Shown: in pieces, positions 48,729 to 58,132 of the stretch
Position numbering within the stretch: the first letter of the stretch is position 1
Layout of the letters: every line of letters starts with the position of its first letter
NCBI GenBank assembly: GCA_016211945.1
Contig: JACRHV010000003.1
Coordinates: 5,631 to 69,630, forward strand
DNA: 64,000 nt
From: Minisyncoccota bacterium
GTDB taxonomy: Bacteria > Patescibacteriota > Microgenomatia > UBA1400 > UBA12028
Reading direction: 5' to 3'
Program-made: the position numbers and the translations under genes
Notes under the pieces: model-generated
Seen by the model: the letters and a program-made list of their open reading frames with translations, nothing else
Told to the model about the DNA's origin: nothing
Databases searched by the model: none

Positions 48729-49199
48729 CTAACTCTCTCTGATTTTTTTCGCTATCTCCTCGAGTTTTTTGTCGTCGGCGCGTTCGCCGTTATGTGAAGA
48801 TAAATACCCCTCGTATCGGGTAAAAAACTTCTTTGTTACTCTCTCTGGAGGCATCTCCCTCCACAACTCTACTCCTTTTGTTCCGTGCATCGGAAAGAGT
48901 TTTGCGTGCAGGTGATTCACACCAAATCCTTCAAGAAACATTCCTGTACGCCCTACGTCTTCAAATGCTGCATTGATCTTTTTTGCGACCGTTTTGCAGG
49001 CCAAAACAAGTCCTGTTATTAACGTATCATCTTGGGAAAAAGCATCGCTCGGATAATGGTTCTTTGTTGCAACCACGGTAAACCCCTTTGTGTTGGGGAA
49101 AATGGTGAGAAAGGCTATGTGAAGATCATCCTCCCAAACTTTATGGCATGGAATCTTCCCCTCCACAAACTGACAAAAGAGACAATCATCCTTCTGCAT
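48729..49199 (-). CDS. HIT family hydrolase
   Basis: DCLFC, VWEDD, HLHAKLFP (third His replaced by Lys). Confidence 0.88.
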   Translation of the reverse strand: MQKDDCLFCQFVEGKIPCHKVWEDDLHIAFLTIFPNTKGFTVVATKNHYPSDAFSQDDTLITGLVLACKTVAKKINAAFEDVGRTGMFLEGFGVNHLHAKLFPMHGTKGVELWREMPPERVTKKFFTRYEGYLSSHNGERADDKKLEEIAKKIRES

Positions 49200-49210
49200 A
49201 TATGCTCCTT

Positions 49211-50065
49211 TCAACATGCCCTCACAATCTCCATCACTTCTTGCAAAGAAAGTGGAGTTGGAGTTTGGTTCGCGTGACTTGAGTTATTAATGATCATGTG
49301 TCGACCATTATGAAAAAACCAAGAACCCTTTTTGTCGCGTGCGACAATTTTCTCGTACAATGGTGTTAAATCTAGTTCTTTTCGCGGGGCCGCCTTAATA
49401 TTCACTCCACCACGACGAGGATCTTTTTGGACAACGAGCATATATCCTTTGAGTTGACCGTACCGAACCGCTGCCTGGTTCGAGGTTTCAAGTCCCACAG
49501 ACTTCCCCCATCGCGACTCAAACTCAATTCCTTTTTTAAGTTCCTGCATCGCCTTATGTCGTTCTTTAAGAGAGCTATAGATCGCATCTAAACATCGAAA
49601 TCCGAACACAATTTGTGCGTCGTCATCATGAAGACCGGCTAACTCTGATCCATGAAGAATTCCACGCAATGCAAAAAGGTGACGAACAGAATCAGCATCC
49701 TCAAAAAAATAGTCCTCAAAGTGATCATCAACTAAACAATACTCAACGATCTGTTGGAGCGCCCAATCCTTTTTGTTTTCAGGATTTACTACACAAACGT
49801 GATCGAACACAAGACTTGCGGCAGACATACGTTGCAAAGCTTTGTCGGGTTGGTGGTGATCAAACTGGCCAAATCCAGTATCGGTATACGTAATCTCATC
49901 CGGTGGAAAACTGTGTTTTGCCATTTCTTCTTGAGACAACGTTCCACCTGCATCAACAAAAGCAATCTTTGCATCCGCGTAGTGTTCGGGATCAAACCTT
50001 TTTAAGATCCACACCGAGGCGATTGCGTCGATGTCTGGTGCGCGATGAGTAACGAGGAGTTTCAT
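49211..50065 (-). CDS. DHH/MYG1-like phosphoesterase
   Basis: THRAPDIDA, DTGFGQFDHHQ. Confidence 0.7.
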   Translation of the reverse strand: MKLLVTHRAPDIDAIASVWILKRFDPEHYADAKIAFVDAGGTLSQEEMAKHSFPPDEITYTDTGFGQFDHHQPDKALQRMSAASLVFDHVCVVNPENKKDWALQQIVEYCLVDDHFEDYFFEDADSVRHLFALRGILHGSELAGLHDDDAQIVFGFRCLDAIYSSLKERHKAMQELKKGIEFESRWGKSVGLETSNQAAVRYGQLKGYMLVVQKDPRRGGVNIKAAPRKELDLTPLYEKIVARDKKGSWFFHNGRHMIINNSSHANQTPTPLSLQEVMEIVRAC

Positions 50066-50068
50066 TCT

Positions 50069-50449
50069 TTATGTTCTTCCATTCAAAAGATGATCGAATA
50101 ATTTGATATCGGTCATATATTCATTTGCTTGACGTGCAAAATCCGGAAATGCAACATTAATACGTTGAACTATGATATCTCCTATTGCCTTCATGTGATC
50201 TCGAGTAATTGTCTCACGTGATTCTTGCATACTTACAACAACCGCAAGTTTCCAAAGGAACTCACGAATATATCTCGATTGTGTTTCGTTTGCTTTTTCT
50301 TCACCAATTAATTCTAATCCACTCTCAACTAGAGTGTTAAATCGAGGATGTGATTCTCGAAATTTTTTTAATTTTTCTTGTTTTGTGAGATCAAGTTCAA
50401 TAAATTCCGATGATGGATACGATTCTTGTGGCCTTCTGGAAAGAAACAT
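50069..50449 (-). CDS. hypothetical protein
   Basis: 126 aa ORF immediately after proS. Confidence 0.6.
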   Translation of the reverse strand: MFLSRRPQESYPSSEFIELDLTKQEKLKKFRESHPRFNTLVESGLELIGEEKANETQSRYIREFLWKLAVVVSMQESRETITRDHMKAIGDIIVQRINVAFPDFARQANEYMTDIKLFDHLLNGRT

Positions 50450-50450
50450 A

Positions 50451-51680
50451 TTATTCCTCTCCTTTTTTCACCATCTTCACCATCTCCTCCATCCCAACTA
50501 TGGGACTCTCTCCACCGGCACGCGCCTTCACCTCAACCCTGTCTCCTGTCTTCTCAGACACTACCACGCGTAAGGGCAACCCAATCAAATCAGCATCGGT
50601 AAACTTCTCACCAGCACGAAGATCTCGATCATCCCAAAGCACTTCTACCCCTGCTTTTTGCAAAAGATCGTACACGCGTTGCGCTTGTTCTTCTGCTTGA
50701 ATATTTACGAGATGAACCTGATATGGTGCAACTTCTTTTGGCCACACCAACCCTTTATCATCCGCCAAAACCTCAACCATCGTGCCCATCACACGCGAAG
50801 GACCAATGCCATAGCATCCCATCACTGGATTATGCTTTTTCCCCTCAGCATCGGCGTAGGTTACATCAAAAGCTTGAGAAAATCGCGTACCTAGTTTGAA
50901 AATATTTCCAACCTCAATTGATCGCTTTTCAATCAATGATTCCTTTTTTACCCCTAACTCTGATAATACTTCATCGGTATACACTTCTTTGTTGATTGCG
51001 ACTTTTTTCTCCTCGGAAACATACACGGTATCTTCGCCCACATCAGAAATGACCTGAAATTCGTGTGAGAATTTTGAGAATACGCCGCCGGATGCAAAAG
51101 TGAGATAGATCACGTTTCCCAATCCAACTCTCGTAAAAACGCGTCGATAGGCCTCGGTTGCCTCCAGATAAAAACGATCCAAGTCAACTTGATCGATATG
51201 GAACGAGTACATGTCCTTCATTAAAAATTCGCGTCCACGCATGATCCCGCTTTTTGCGCGCGCTTCATTCCGGAATTTTGTTTGAATCTGGTATGGCGCA
51301 AATGGAAGATCTCGATAAGACGAGATAAACTGCTTTGCCAAAGGCGTCACAACCTCTTCATGCGACCATCCCAATGCAAACTCCTTGCCGTCATAAAGTG
51401 CGGTTTTAAAAGGAACATCCAAGTCCCACCGCTTCGTTTTTTCCCACAGTTCCTTCTGCACCAACGCAGGCATGAGAATTTCTTGTCCGCCAATGGCATT
51501 CATCTCTTCTCGAATAACAGTGTTGATGTTATTGATTACGCGTAGTCCCAAAGGCAAAAACGTATAAACACCCGCTGAAAGTTGATCGATGTATCCAGCT
51601 TTTTGCAACAGCGTTTGATTTTTCGACTCATATTGTTTCTGATCTCGTTTGGTTTGTCCAAAATATTTCGAATATTTCAT
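50451..51680 (-). CDS. proS: proline--tRNA ligase without INS editing domain
   Basis: LPLG, SHEE, KFRNE.R...G.MRGREF.MKD.YSF, EVGNIFKLG, MGCYGIG. Confidence 0.96.
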   Translation of the reverse strand: MKYSKYFGQTKRDQKQYESKNQTLLQKAGYIDQLSAGVYTFLPLGLRVINNINTVIREEMNAIGGQEILMPALVQKELWEKTKRWDLDVPFKTALYDGKEFALGWSHEEVVTPLAKQFISSYRDLPFAPYQIQTKFRNEARAKSGIMRGREFLMKDMYSFHIDQVDLDRFYLEATEAYRRVFTRVGLGNVIYLTFASGGVFSKFSHEFQVISDVGEDTVYVSEEKKVAINKEVYTDEVLSELGVKKESLIEKRSIEVGNIFKLGTRFSQAFDVTYADAEGKKHNPVMGCYGIGPSRVMGTMVEVLADDKGLVWPKEVAPYQVHLVNIQAEEQAQRVYDLLQKAGVEVLWDDRDLRAGEKFTDADLIGLPLRVVVSEKTGDRVEVKARAGGESPIVGMEEMVKMVKKGEE

Positions 51681-51710
51681 ATTTGTTTCCTTTTTGTGTT
51701 TCTTCAATTT

Positions 51711-52052
51711 TTAGTACAATTTTCCTCCGAGTTGTGCTCCCTGCTTGCTTGGTGTAATCAGTATACATCCCCCTTCGCCATCCGGCACCCCGAGCGTCAG
51801 TGCTTCGCTCATGAACGGCCTAATTTGCTTTGGCGGAAAGTTCACCACACACAGCACTTGCTTTCCCAAGAGTTCTGCTTTCGTATAGTACTTCACGATT
51901 TGTGCGCTACTCCACCGCAAACCAATTTCTGGTCCAAGATTGATGTGAAGTTTATATGCGGGATTTTTTGCTTCCGGAAAATCGAGTACTTCCTCTATAA
52001 CACCGACACAAATTTCGAGTTTTGCGAAATCGCCATAGGTGATCGTTGTCAT
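51711..52052 (-). CDS. csaA: CsaA/Trbp111-like tRNA-binding OB-fold protein
   Basis: PEAKNPAYKL, SSAQI, VNFPPKQI..FMSE.LTLG; AGGAGG RBS. Confidence 0.9.
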   Translation of the reverse strand: MTTITYGDFAKLEICVGVIEEVLDFPEAKNPAYKLHINLGPEIGLRWSSAQIVKYYTKAELLGKQVLCVVNFPPKQIRPFMSEALTLGVPDGEGGCILITPSKQGAQLGGKLY

Positions 52053-52071
52053 GCTTCCTCCTTTTTTATAC

Positions 52072-52280
52072 AAAAAACCGCCCATGCATAACTCAGAACA
52101 TTTGCTCTGAATCATGCACAGGCGGTCATCCTTGCGATCTTTCGCGGATGAACGCGGTACCACTGCGCTTTGATCTCTTTGCTCTATATCGGGAGCCCCC
52201 GAACGGGTTCCGCTGTTACGCTGTGCCCGTCACCGACCTTTTCAGGAGTAAGGACCGGATTTCCTTACCTTTCGGTTGAG
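52072..52280 (-). promoter_or_regulatory. T-box riboswitch, probably Pro-specific, transcriptional
   Basis: Minus strand GCGCAG-TGGTACC-GCG pairs with CGC-CTGTGC; long terminator with T-run at 52126-52072; CCG in a hairpin loop (52258-56); TGCTATACT at 52293-85. Confidence 0.9.
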
Positions 52281-52325
52281 ATAGAGTATAGCATACGGGG
52301 CAACTATCATTCTCCAGGCTTACTT

Positions 52326-52691
52326 TCAAGGCTTGTCTTCATCTTTTTTGGTTCTATACATAACTTTTGGTTCCGCAACTCCGCGAATTTCGCGAATTGC
52401 CCGTGAATGCGATTCTAACTTTATTTCTGTATAATCTCGATGCTCTCTGAGACTTCTTTGCGTAATGAACCCATTTTCTTTCACACGAATAATTTCCTTT
52501 TCAATCGGTTGTATCCTTTCTTCCATCTTTATTGTATATAACTCAAATTCTTCTCTTAGATCTTTTTTGCTCACAAAGTTTTCGTTCATCCAGGGAATCA
52601 TGACATGCTCCCAATGATCTCTCAAAATATCCTCTGTTGTAGACCGAATAAGCCTCTCAATACTCTGAAGATCTTCTCGGGTAAGCGACAT
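52326..52691 (-). CDS. hypothetical coiled-coil protein
   Basis: AGGAGG RBS; MSLTREDLQSIERLI. Confidence 0.7.
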   Translation of the reverse strand: MSLTREDLQSIERLIRSTTEDILRDHWEHVMIPWMNENFVSKKDLREEFELYTIKMEERIQPIEKEIIRVKENGFITQRSLREHRDYTEIKLESHSRAIREIRGVAEPKVMYRTKKDEDKP

Positions 52692-52864
52692 ACACCCTCC
52701 TTTGGCCTGTTTGGCCATACATATGAGTAGAAATGATTCGCTTCACGGAGAAATGGACGCTATGTGTAGATTGGAAGAGCGGCGAATATATGTTCGTTAT
52801 ACAAAATCTAAGAAAAAACTTCAACTGGAAATAAATCAAGCAGATCGAATCAGAACAGCCAAAA

Positions 52865-53764
52865 TCACATCATCTTGTGAATCGCCTCGGCAAACACCGG
52901 GACCACAGATAATACACGAAGTTTTGGAAACATTTTTTCTCCTACCGCTACCGTGTCCCCAACCACCACCTCATCAACAGCGCTCTCTTGCAAAAGAGTA
53001 CTGGCCGATCCCGCCAATAGCGCATGCGTTGAATAAAACACCACTTTTTTTGCACCATGCTCTTTTAGCAATCGAGCAATCTCAACAACAGTAGAACCAG
53101 TGTTGATTACATCATCGACAACAAGACAGATCTTCTTTTTGACCTCACCCACCATGAATTTTGCTTGAACTTTTCCCGTATGCAAATCTCGCGCTTTATC
53201 AATGTTTGCAAGTGACACGCCAAGACGCTCCGCGAACACGTGTGCACGCTTGAGGCCACCAAAATCCGGCGACACAACAATACTCTCTTCTTTCCTAAAA
53301 CGATTTTTTACATCGTCAACAAAAAGATCCCATGAACTTAGTACTGTTGTTGGAACCGAAAAAAATCCTGCGACACTGTTGCTGTGAAGATCCATCACCA
53401 TAACCCTATCAATCCTGGAACCAGAAACAATATCTGCAATAACACGTGCGGCGATGGGCTCTCCCTGTCGAAACACCTTGTCTTGCAATGAGTATCCCAT
53501 CCACGGAATAACGGCGGTAATGGTTTTTGCCCCCGCTCGTTCAGCGGCATCTGCGAGGAGTGAAAACTCAAGAACATGCATGTCTACCGGAGTTGAAAAG
53601 GATTGAACCAAGATAGCATCCTCGTTTATGACGGAAGACTGTATCCATACTCGTCTTTCACCATTAGGAAAAGATCCTAACTCAATATTTCCAAAAGAAA
53701 CAGAAAGCTGTGTTGCGAGCTGACGACCAAACATGGGATGTGAGGAACCGGACAGAACGATCAT
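52865..53764 (-). CDS. prs: ribose-phosphate pyrophosphokinase
   Basis: FPNGE, QDK, DLH, VSPDFGG, VDDVINTGST. Confidence 0.95.
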   Translation of the reverse strand: MIVLSGSSHPMFGRQLATQLSVSFGNIELGSFPNGERRVWIQSSVINEDAILVQSFSTPVDMHVLEFSLLADAAERAGAKTITAVIPWMGYSLQDKVFRQGEPIAARVIADIVSGSRIDRVMVMDLHSNSVAGFFSVPTTVLSSWDLFVDDVKNRFRKEESIVVSPDFGGLKRAHVFAERLGVSLANIDKARDLHTGKVQAKFMVGEVKKKICLVVDDVINTGSTVVEIARLLKEHGAKKVVFYSTHALLAGSASTLLQESAVDEVVVGDTVAVGEKMFPKLRVLSVVPVFAEAIHKMM

Positions 53765-54012
53765 TACTTTTTCGCAACCGCGGCGAGCACTTTACTCAAC
53801 TGACTTTTCAACCGAGCTGCCTTATTTTTGTGGAAGATGTGACGTTTTACTCCACGATCAATTGCGGAAAACGCTTTGGAAAGATTCTCTAATGAGGGCG
53901 TCAATCGCATGAGATCTATCGTTGTTTTTGCGTGTGACTTTACCGGCCTGTTGATAAGTGTTTTGCGCTTTGTTTGCCGCAATGCTTTTTTTGCTGAAGA
54001 AAGAATTGGCAT
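53764..54012 (-). CDS. rpsT: 30S ribosomal protein S20
   Basis: SAKKALRQ, HKNKAARLKS. Confidence 0.96.
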   Translation of the reverse strand: MPILSSAKKALRQTKRKTLINRPVKSHAKTTIDLMRLTPSLENLSKAFSAIDRGVKRHIFHKNKAARLKSQLSKVLAAVAKK

Positions 54013-54098
54013 AGTTGGGATATTGTATCAGAGGAAAACTGTGGGCTCAAGGAGGAATTTTGGTGGCTTGTTGGAGATCTTAATCTGGTCCCGCAAAA

Positions 54099-54120
54099 AG
54101 TCCCAATCTAGTCCCGATCT
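54099..54120. repeat. tandem 11-bp unit, degenerate copy 3
   Basis: AGTCCCAATCT-AGTCCCGATCT. Confidence 0.5.
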
Positions 54121-54125
54121 CTTCT

Positions 54126-55220
54126 TTACGGCCGAATCCACGCAACAACATCTTTAATACTGATCAGGACAATGAGGATCAAAAGTGCGAGCATACCAAA
54201 GGCGTTGGTGTACTGCTCGTATTTTGCTCTCCTTACTTTTCCGATAAATACCTCGAGGAAAATGAAGAATCCCCTCCCGCCGTCAAGCGCAGGAATGGGA
54301 AGGAGGTTCATCACTCCTAAGTTGATCGACAAGAGACCAGCGAAGTTGAGCCACGCCATAGGCCCCTGCTCAAACAGTTTTTCTTTTTCTGCCATGTGTA
54401 CGATACCAATCGGTCCACTAATGTCTTTTGGTATCGTCCGTTTCTCCGCAACTTGGATTACCATTCCACGTAAAGACTGCAAGATTTGATGTGAGAATGC
54501 GTATGAGTCCTGCATACCCTTCCACACACCCTTACCCATCATCACGTACCATGGATATCGCTTCCATTCAACATCGATGAGCGAAACACCTAAAGACCCT
54601 TGGTCTTGAGGTGTTTCCGCTTCTGTCCGAATATACGGTACTACTGTGATGACTTGGTTGTCGCGCTCCAGGTCAAGCGAGATGATTTTCCCTCGATGCA
54701 ACTGAATCTCTGTGATAAACAGTTCTGAAGATGTGATGTCTTTCTCGTTCACGCGGAGAATAGTGTCGTCTTTTTGCAGTCGAACGAGCGCGGCTGGCGA
54801 ATCTGCAATAACTCGATCAATTCGAGGATGGTTCAGTTGCTCTGGAATACCGAGGATCATGTACAGTGCCGCAAACGCGAAAATGCCAAAAAGAATATTC
54901 ACGACTGCTCCCGCCGCAACAACACACAGGCGCTGGATTTTCGATTTTTCTCGAAAAAGTTTTTCCTTTTCTACAAAAGGCTCCTCGCTTCCCTCAACTG
55001 TTTCACCATCATCACCGGCAAGACGTACAAACCCGCCGAATGGAAGCCAGTTCAACGAGAAAAGCGTTCCTTTGCGAGAAAAGAGTTTCTTGAGTCGAGG
55101 AGGATATCCAATCCCAAACTCTTCAACATGTATTCCGACAATTTTTGCCACAATATAATGCCCCCATTCGTGAATGAGGACGAGAAAAGACAGAATGATA
55201 ATAAAGAAAAAAATAGTCAT
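54126..55220 (-). CDS. rseP: RIP metalloprotease RseP (M50)
   Basis: HEWGH, PFGGFV, PDZ, NLLPIPALDGG. Confidence 0.95.
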   Translation of the reverse strand: MTIFFFIIILSFLVLIHEWGHYIVAKIVGIHVEEFGIGYPPRLKKLFSRKGTLFSLNWLPFGGFVRLAGDDGETVEGSEEPFVEKEKLFREKSKIQRLCVVAAGAVVNILFGIFAFAALYMILGIPEQLNHPRIDRVIADSPAALVRLQKDDTILRVNEKDITSSELFITEIQLHRGKIISLDLERDNQVITVVPYIRTEAETPQDQGSLGVSLIDVEWKRYPWYVMMGKGVWKGMQDSYAFSHQILQSLRGMVIQVAEKRTIPKDISGPIGIVHMAEKEKLFEQGPMAWLNFAGLLSINLGVMNLLPIPALDGGRGFFIFLEVFIGKVRRAKYEQYTNAFGMLALLILIVLISIKDVVAWIRP

Positions 55221-55226
55221 ACCGGA

Positions 55227-55778
55227 CTACATCTGCATCAACTCTTCTTCTTTTTCTTTCGACAATGTCTCGAGTTTTTCTATATACACATCAGTGTTTT
55301 CCTGAAGTTTTTTGAGAGCGTTTTCTATGTCGTCCTCGGATATTCCGGGCTTTCCCTTTTGATCTTCAATGATTTTTTTGTGTTTTTGCCGAACATCGCG
55401 AATCATTTGTTTTCCACCTTCGAGTTTTTGATACACAAGTTTCACCATGTCTTTTCTTCGATCTTCGGTCAGCGCGGGAATAATGATACGAATTTGATCG
55501 CCATCAACAACGGGACTCAGATTTAGCCCGGCACTTGCGATTCCCTTTTCTACCGCGGAAAGCAGTGATTTATCCCACGGCGCAACGATGATCATTGTTG
55601 TATCCGGGGCAGAGATCATAGCAAGCTCCATAAGCCGCATGCGCGTTCCGTATGCCTCAACCATTACATTTTCTACAAAAGATGGCTTTGCGCGACCAGT
55701 ACGGATCGTCGCCATATCGTCACGAATAACTTGAAGCACTTTATCGCCGTCTTTTGCAAATGCAACTGAATCAAACAT
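55227..55778 (-). CDS. frr: ribosome recycling factor
   Basis: IRTGRA, PALTEDRR, KEEELM. Confidence 0.96.
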   Translation of the reverse strand: MFDSVAFAKDGDKVLQVIRDDMATIRTGRAKPSFVENVMVEAYGTRMRLMELAMISAPDTTMIIVAPWDKSLLSAVEKGIASAGLNLSPVVDGDQIRIIIPALTEDRRKDMVKLVYQKLEGGKQMIRDVRQKHKKIIEDQKGKPGISEDDIENALKKLQENTDVYIEKLETLSKEKEEELMQM

Positions 55779-55815
55779 TGTTGTTCTCCTTCACCTGATA
55801 TAGTACCATACCGTC

Positions 55816-56532
55816 ATGCCATTCTGGACAATGCTATTTCGCTCCTTTATCGATCTCACGTGTTACCGTGACCGTATTACTGAACCCCTGCGTGCCTTAA
55901 TTCGATACATGGTTCAGTTTTACCTACTCCTTCTCGTTGTGACGAGTACGCTTGGATTTTTTGGAGGAAAAATATTTGCGGATACGATTGTCTCACAGAT
56001 TTCTCAGGATACGCAGTTCACTCTTTCGCCAGAATATATTTCCGCAACAAATATTGAACTGCCACTTACATTAACACTGCCTTTTTTTCTGCGTGCAACC
56101 ATACAAGCAGATACATTGGAGTTCGTTCTTCCCAACCAACATTCTCTTCGCGTTCCGATCAAAGATCTCATGAACGATGAAACATATACCTTTACGGGCA
56201 ACGACGTAAAAGAATCGCTTCCATCTCTGCTCCCCACAGCACTTATGATGACCGCGATGATGTTTGTCGGCGTCCTTTTTATAGGAAGAATTGTGTCGCT
56301 ATTCTTTCATGCAATATTCTTTTCTTGGATCGTGCAGTTATTTGGGAGACGCGTTCATTTTTGGAAACTGGTACAACTCGGTATGCATATCACTGTGACG
56401 GCAGAAGTTGTGACAGTTCTTTCTCTATTCATCTATAGAAGCACCGCATTCCCCATGTTTGAGGTCGCATTTACTCTTTTGATGGTGCTTGTGCTGCGGT
56501 CTCTCCAACAGCCATCCGAACAAAACGGGTAA
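55816..56532 (+). CDS. membrane protein, DUF1189-like
   Basis: N-terminal TM, loop, three C-terminal TMs; convergent overlap with tsf. Confidence 0.65.
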   Translation: MPFWTMLFRSFIDLTCYRDRITEPLRALIRYMVQFYLLLLVVTSTLGFFGGKIFADTIVSQISQDTQFTLSPEYISATNIELPLTLTLPFFLRATIQADTLEFVLPNQHSLRVPIKDLMNDETYTFTGNDVKESLPSLLPTALMMTAMMFVGVLFIGRIVSLFFHAIFFSWIVQLFGRRVHFWKLVQLGMHITVTAEVVTVLSLFIYRSTAFPMFEVAFTLLMVLVLRSLQQPSEQNG

Positions 56533-56962
56533 CAACCACATTTTCGCCAACGGTTCCCGCGACAGTTTTTACGAGGTCTTTGATTGTGGTTTTTGCATCA
56601 CGAATGTAGGGTTGTTCAAGAAGTTCTGCTACTGTTGCCGGCTTCATGGAAGCAACCTGCATCGCCACTTCTTTGCCGAGGTTTATAAACGCATCGGTCC
56701 GCGCAACAAAGTCTGTTTCACAGTTTAACTCTACTAGTGCGACGACTTGGCTTCCTTGGTGAACGTAGCTCGCAATCACTCCTTGTTTTGCTTCACGGTC
56801 AGCTTTTTTTTCTGCACGCATGATGCCTTTTGCTTTGATCCACGCTTCTGCCTTTGCCATATCACCTTTGGACTCTTCTAGGGCTTTTTTGGCATCCATC
56901 ACACCCGCACTGGTTTTTTCACGAAGCTGTTTGATCAAGTCCATCGAGATTACTTTTGGCAT
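56471..56962 (-). CDS. tsf: elongation factor Ts, short form
   Basis: LREKT.AG.MD.KKAL, NCETDFVA, GEN...RF. Confidence 0.96.
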   Translation of the reverse strand: MPKVISMDLIKQLREKTSAGVMDAKKALEESKGDMAKAEAWIKAKGIMRAEKKADREAKQGVIASYVHQGSQVVALVELNCETDFVARTDAFINLGKEVAMQVASMKPATVAELLEQPYIRDAKTTIKDLVKTVAGTVGENVVVTRFVRMAVGETAAQAPSKE

Positions 56963-57669
56963 GCCATCCTCCCCTCCTTGTACGCATTCGCGACCGCGTG
57001 TACGAGCAACTTAATACTGCGAACTGCGTCGTCGTTTGCGGGGATTGGGTACTTCACTTTTGTTGGATCACAGTTTGAGTCAACAATCCCAACAACCGGA
57101 ACGTCCTTCATCACTGCTTCTTTGACAACCCCATCTTCCTTGCCTATGTCAACGATAAAGAGCGCATCCGGAGCTGCGTTTAATGATTCAATTCCACCAA
57201 AAAATCGTTCCAAGCGTGCGATGTCTTTATCGATCAACACCCGCTCTTTTTTGGTGAAGATGTCGAGTTTTCCTTCCTCGCGGTCTTTCTTCAGTTTCTT
57301 CATTTTATCGAGTGATCGCTTGATCTGTTCCCAGTTAGTGAGCGTTCCACCGAGCCATCGCACCACGATGTATGGAGCTCCCGCGGCAATGGCTTCTTCG
57401 CGCACAATATCCTGTGCTTGGCGCTTTGTTCCAACGAACACAACATTTTTCCCCTCTTTTGCGAGGGCATAAACCGCTTGGCACGCTTCCTCGAGTTTTG
57501 CAGCGGTTTTGAAGAGGTCAAAAATATGCACCCCATTCTTTTCCGTATAAATATACGGTTTTATTTTTGGCGACCACCGTTGCGCCTGGTGCCCAAAATG
57601 ACAGCCCGCCTCGAGCATGTCCTTGACGTCTACTGAAAATGAAACAGTTTTGGCTTGTGTGTCTGCCAT
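56950..57669 (-). CDS. rpsB: 30S ribosomal protein S2
   Basis: AGCHFGH, FVGTK, RWLGGTLTN, IPANDD. Confidence 0.98.
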   Translation of the reverse strand: MADTQAKTVSFSVDVKDMLEAGCHFGHQAQRWSPKIKPYIYTEKNGVHIFDLFKTAAKLEEACQAVYALAKEGKNVVFVGTKRQAQDIVREEAIAAGAPYIVVRWLGGTLTNWEQIKRSLDKMKKLKKDREEGKLDIFTKKERVLIDKDIARLERFFGGIESLNAAPDALFIVDIGKEDGVVKEAVMKDVPVVGIVDSNCDPTKVKYPIPANDDAVRSIKLLVHAVANAYKEGRMACQK

Positions 57670-57683
57670 AGTGTTCTCCTTAT

Positions 57684-57731
57684 TCCTCCTTCGCGGCGAG
57701 GTTCAATTCAGGAGAACGCCACGAAGTGTGT
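57684..57731 (-). promoter_or_regulatory. probable S2 autoregulatory leader hairpin
   Basis: ACAC-CTTCGTGGCG...CGCCGCGAAG-GAGG before rpsB. Confidence 0.5.
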
Positions 57732-57811
57732 ATTTGTATTGAGGGGATTATAGCACAAAAAATGTGGTATGATCCGTGGTAAATAAAATTATCCTGCTCA
57801 GAGGAGTGTTT

Positions 57812-58093
57812 ATGGGAGACCTTAGAGAAATTGGAAATATTGTTTTGAAAGTTGATAAAGCAGTAACAATGGGTAAAACTCGGAAAGTATTGCCTAAAGT
57901 GTCACATCTCAAGATTGATGGTATGGCTATTACTAATACACAGAATACAGAACTCCGTGTTTTAGGTGAAGAGTTTGAGGATATTAATGAATATTTAAGG
58001 AAACATGAGGAAGAAATTATAAACATTCTTTCAGAATCCGGACTTATTGTTCAAGAGATTAGTGCTGAGGCAGCTGAAGCTCAAAAAAAATAA
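57812..58093 (+). CDS. hypothetical protein
   Basis: GAGGAG RBS before MGDLRE; AT-rich. Confidence 0.6.
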   Translation: MGDLREIGNIVLKVDKAVTMGKTRKVLPKVSHLKIDGMAITNTQNTELRVLGEEFEDINEYLRKHEEEIINILSESGLIVQEISAEAAEAQKK

Positions 58094-58132
58094 GAAGTTC
58101 TTTATTCTCAATGTGAGAATATTAATTGCTTT

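Noticed and set aside
52053-52163. N-terminal extension of the csaA ORF
   Set aside because: It is the T-box expression platform; AGGAGG precedes the ATG at 52052.
54774-55526. 250-aa plus-strand ORF and other long antisense ORFs
   Set aside because: Shadows of well-supported genes on the opposite strand (here rseP and frr).
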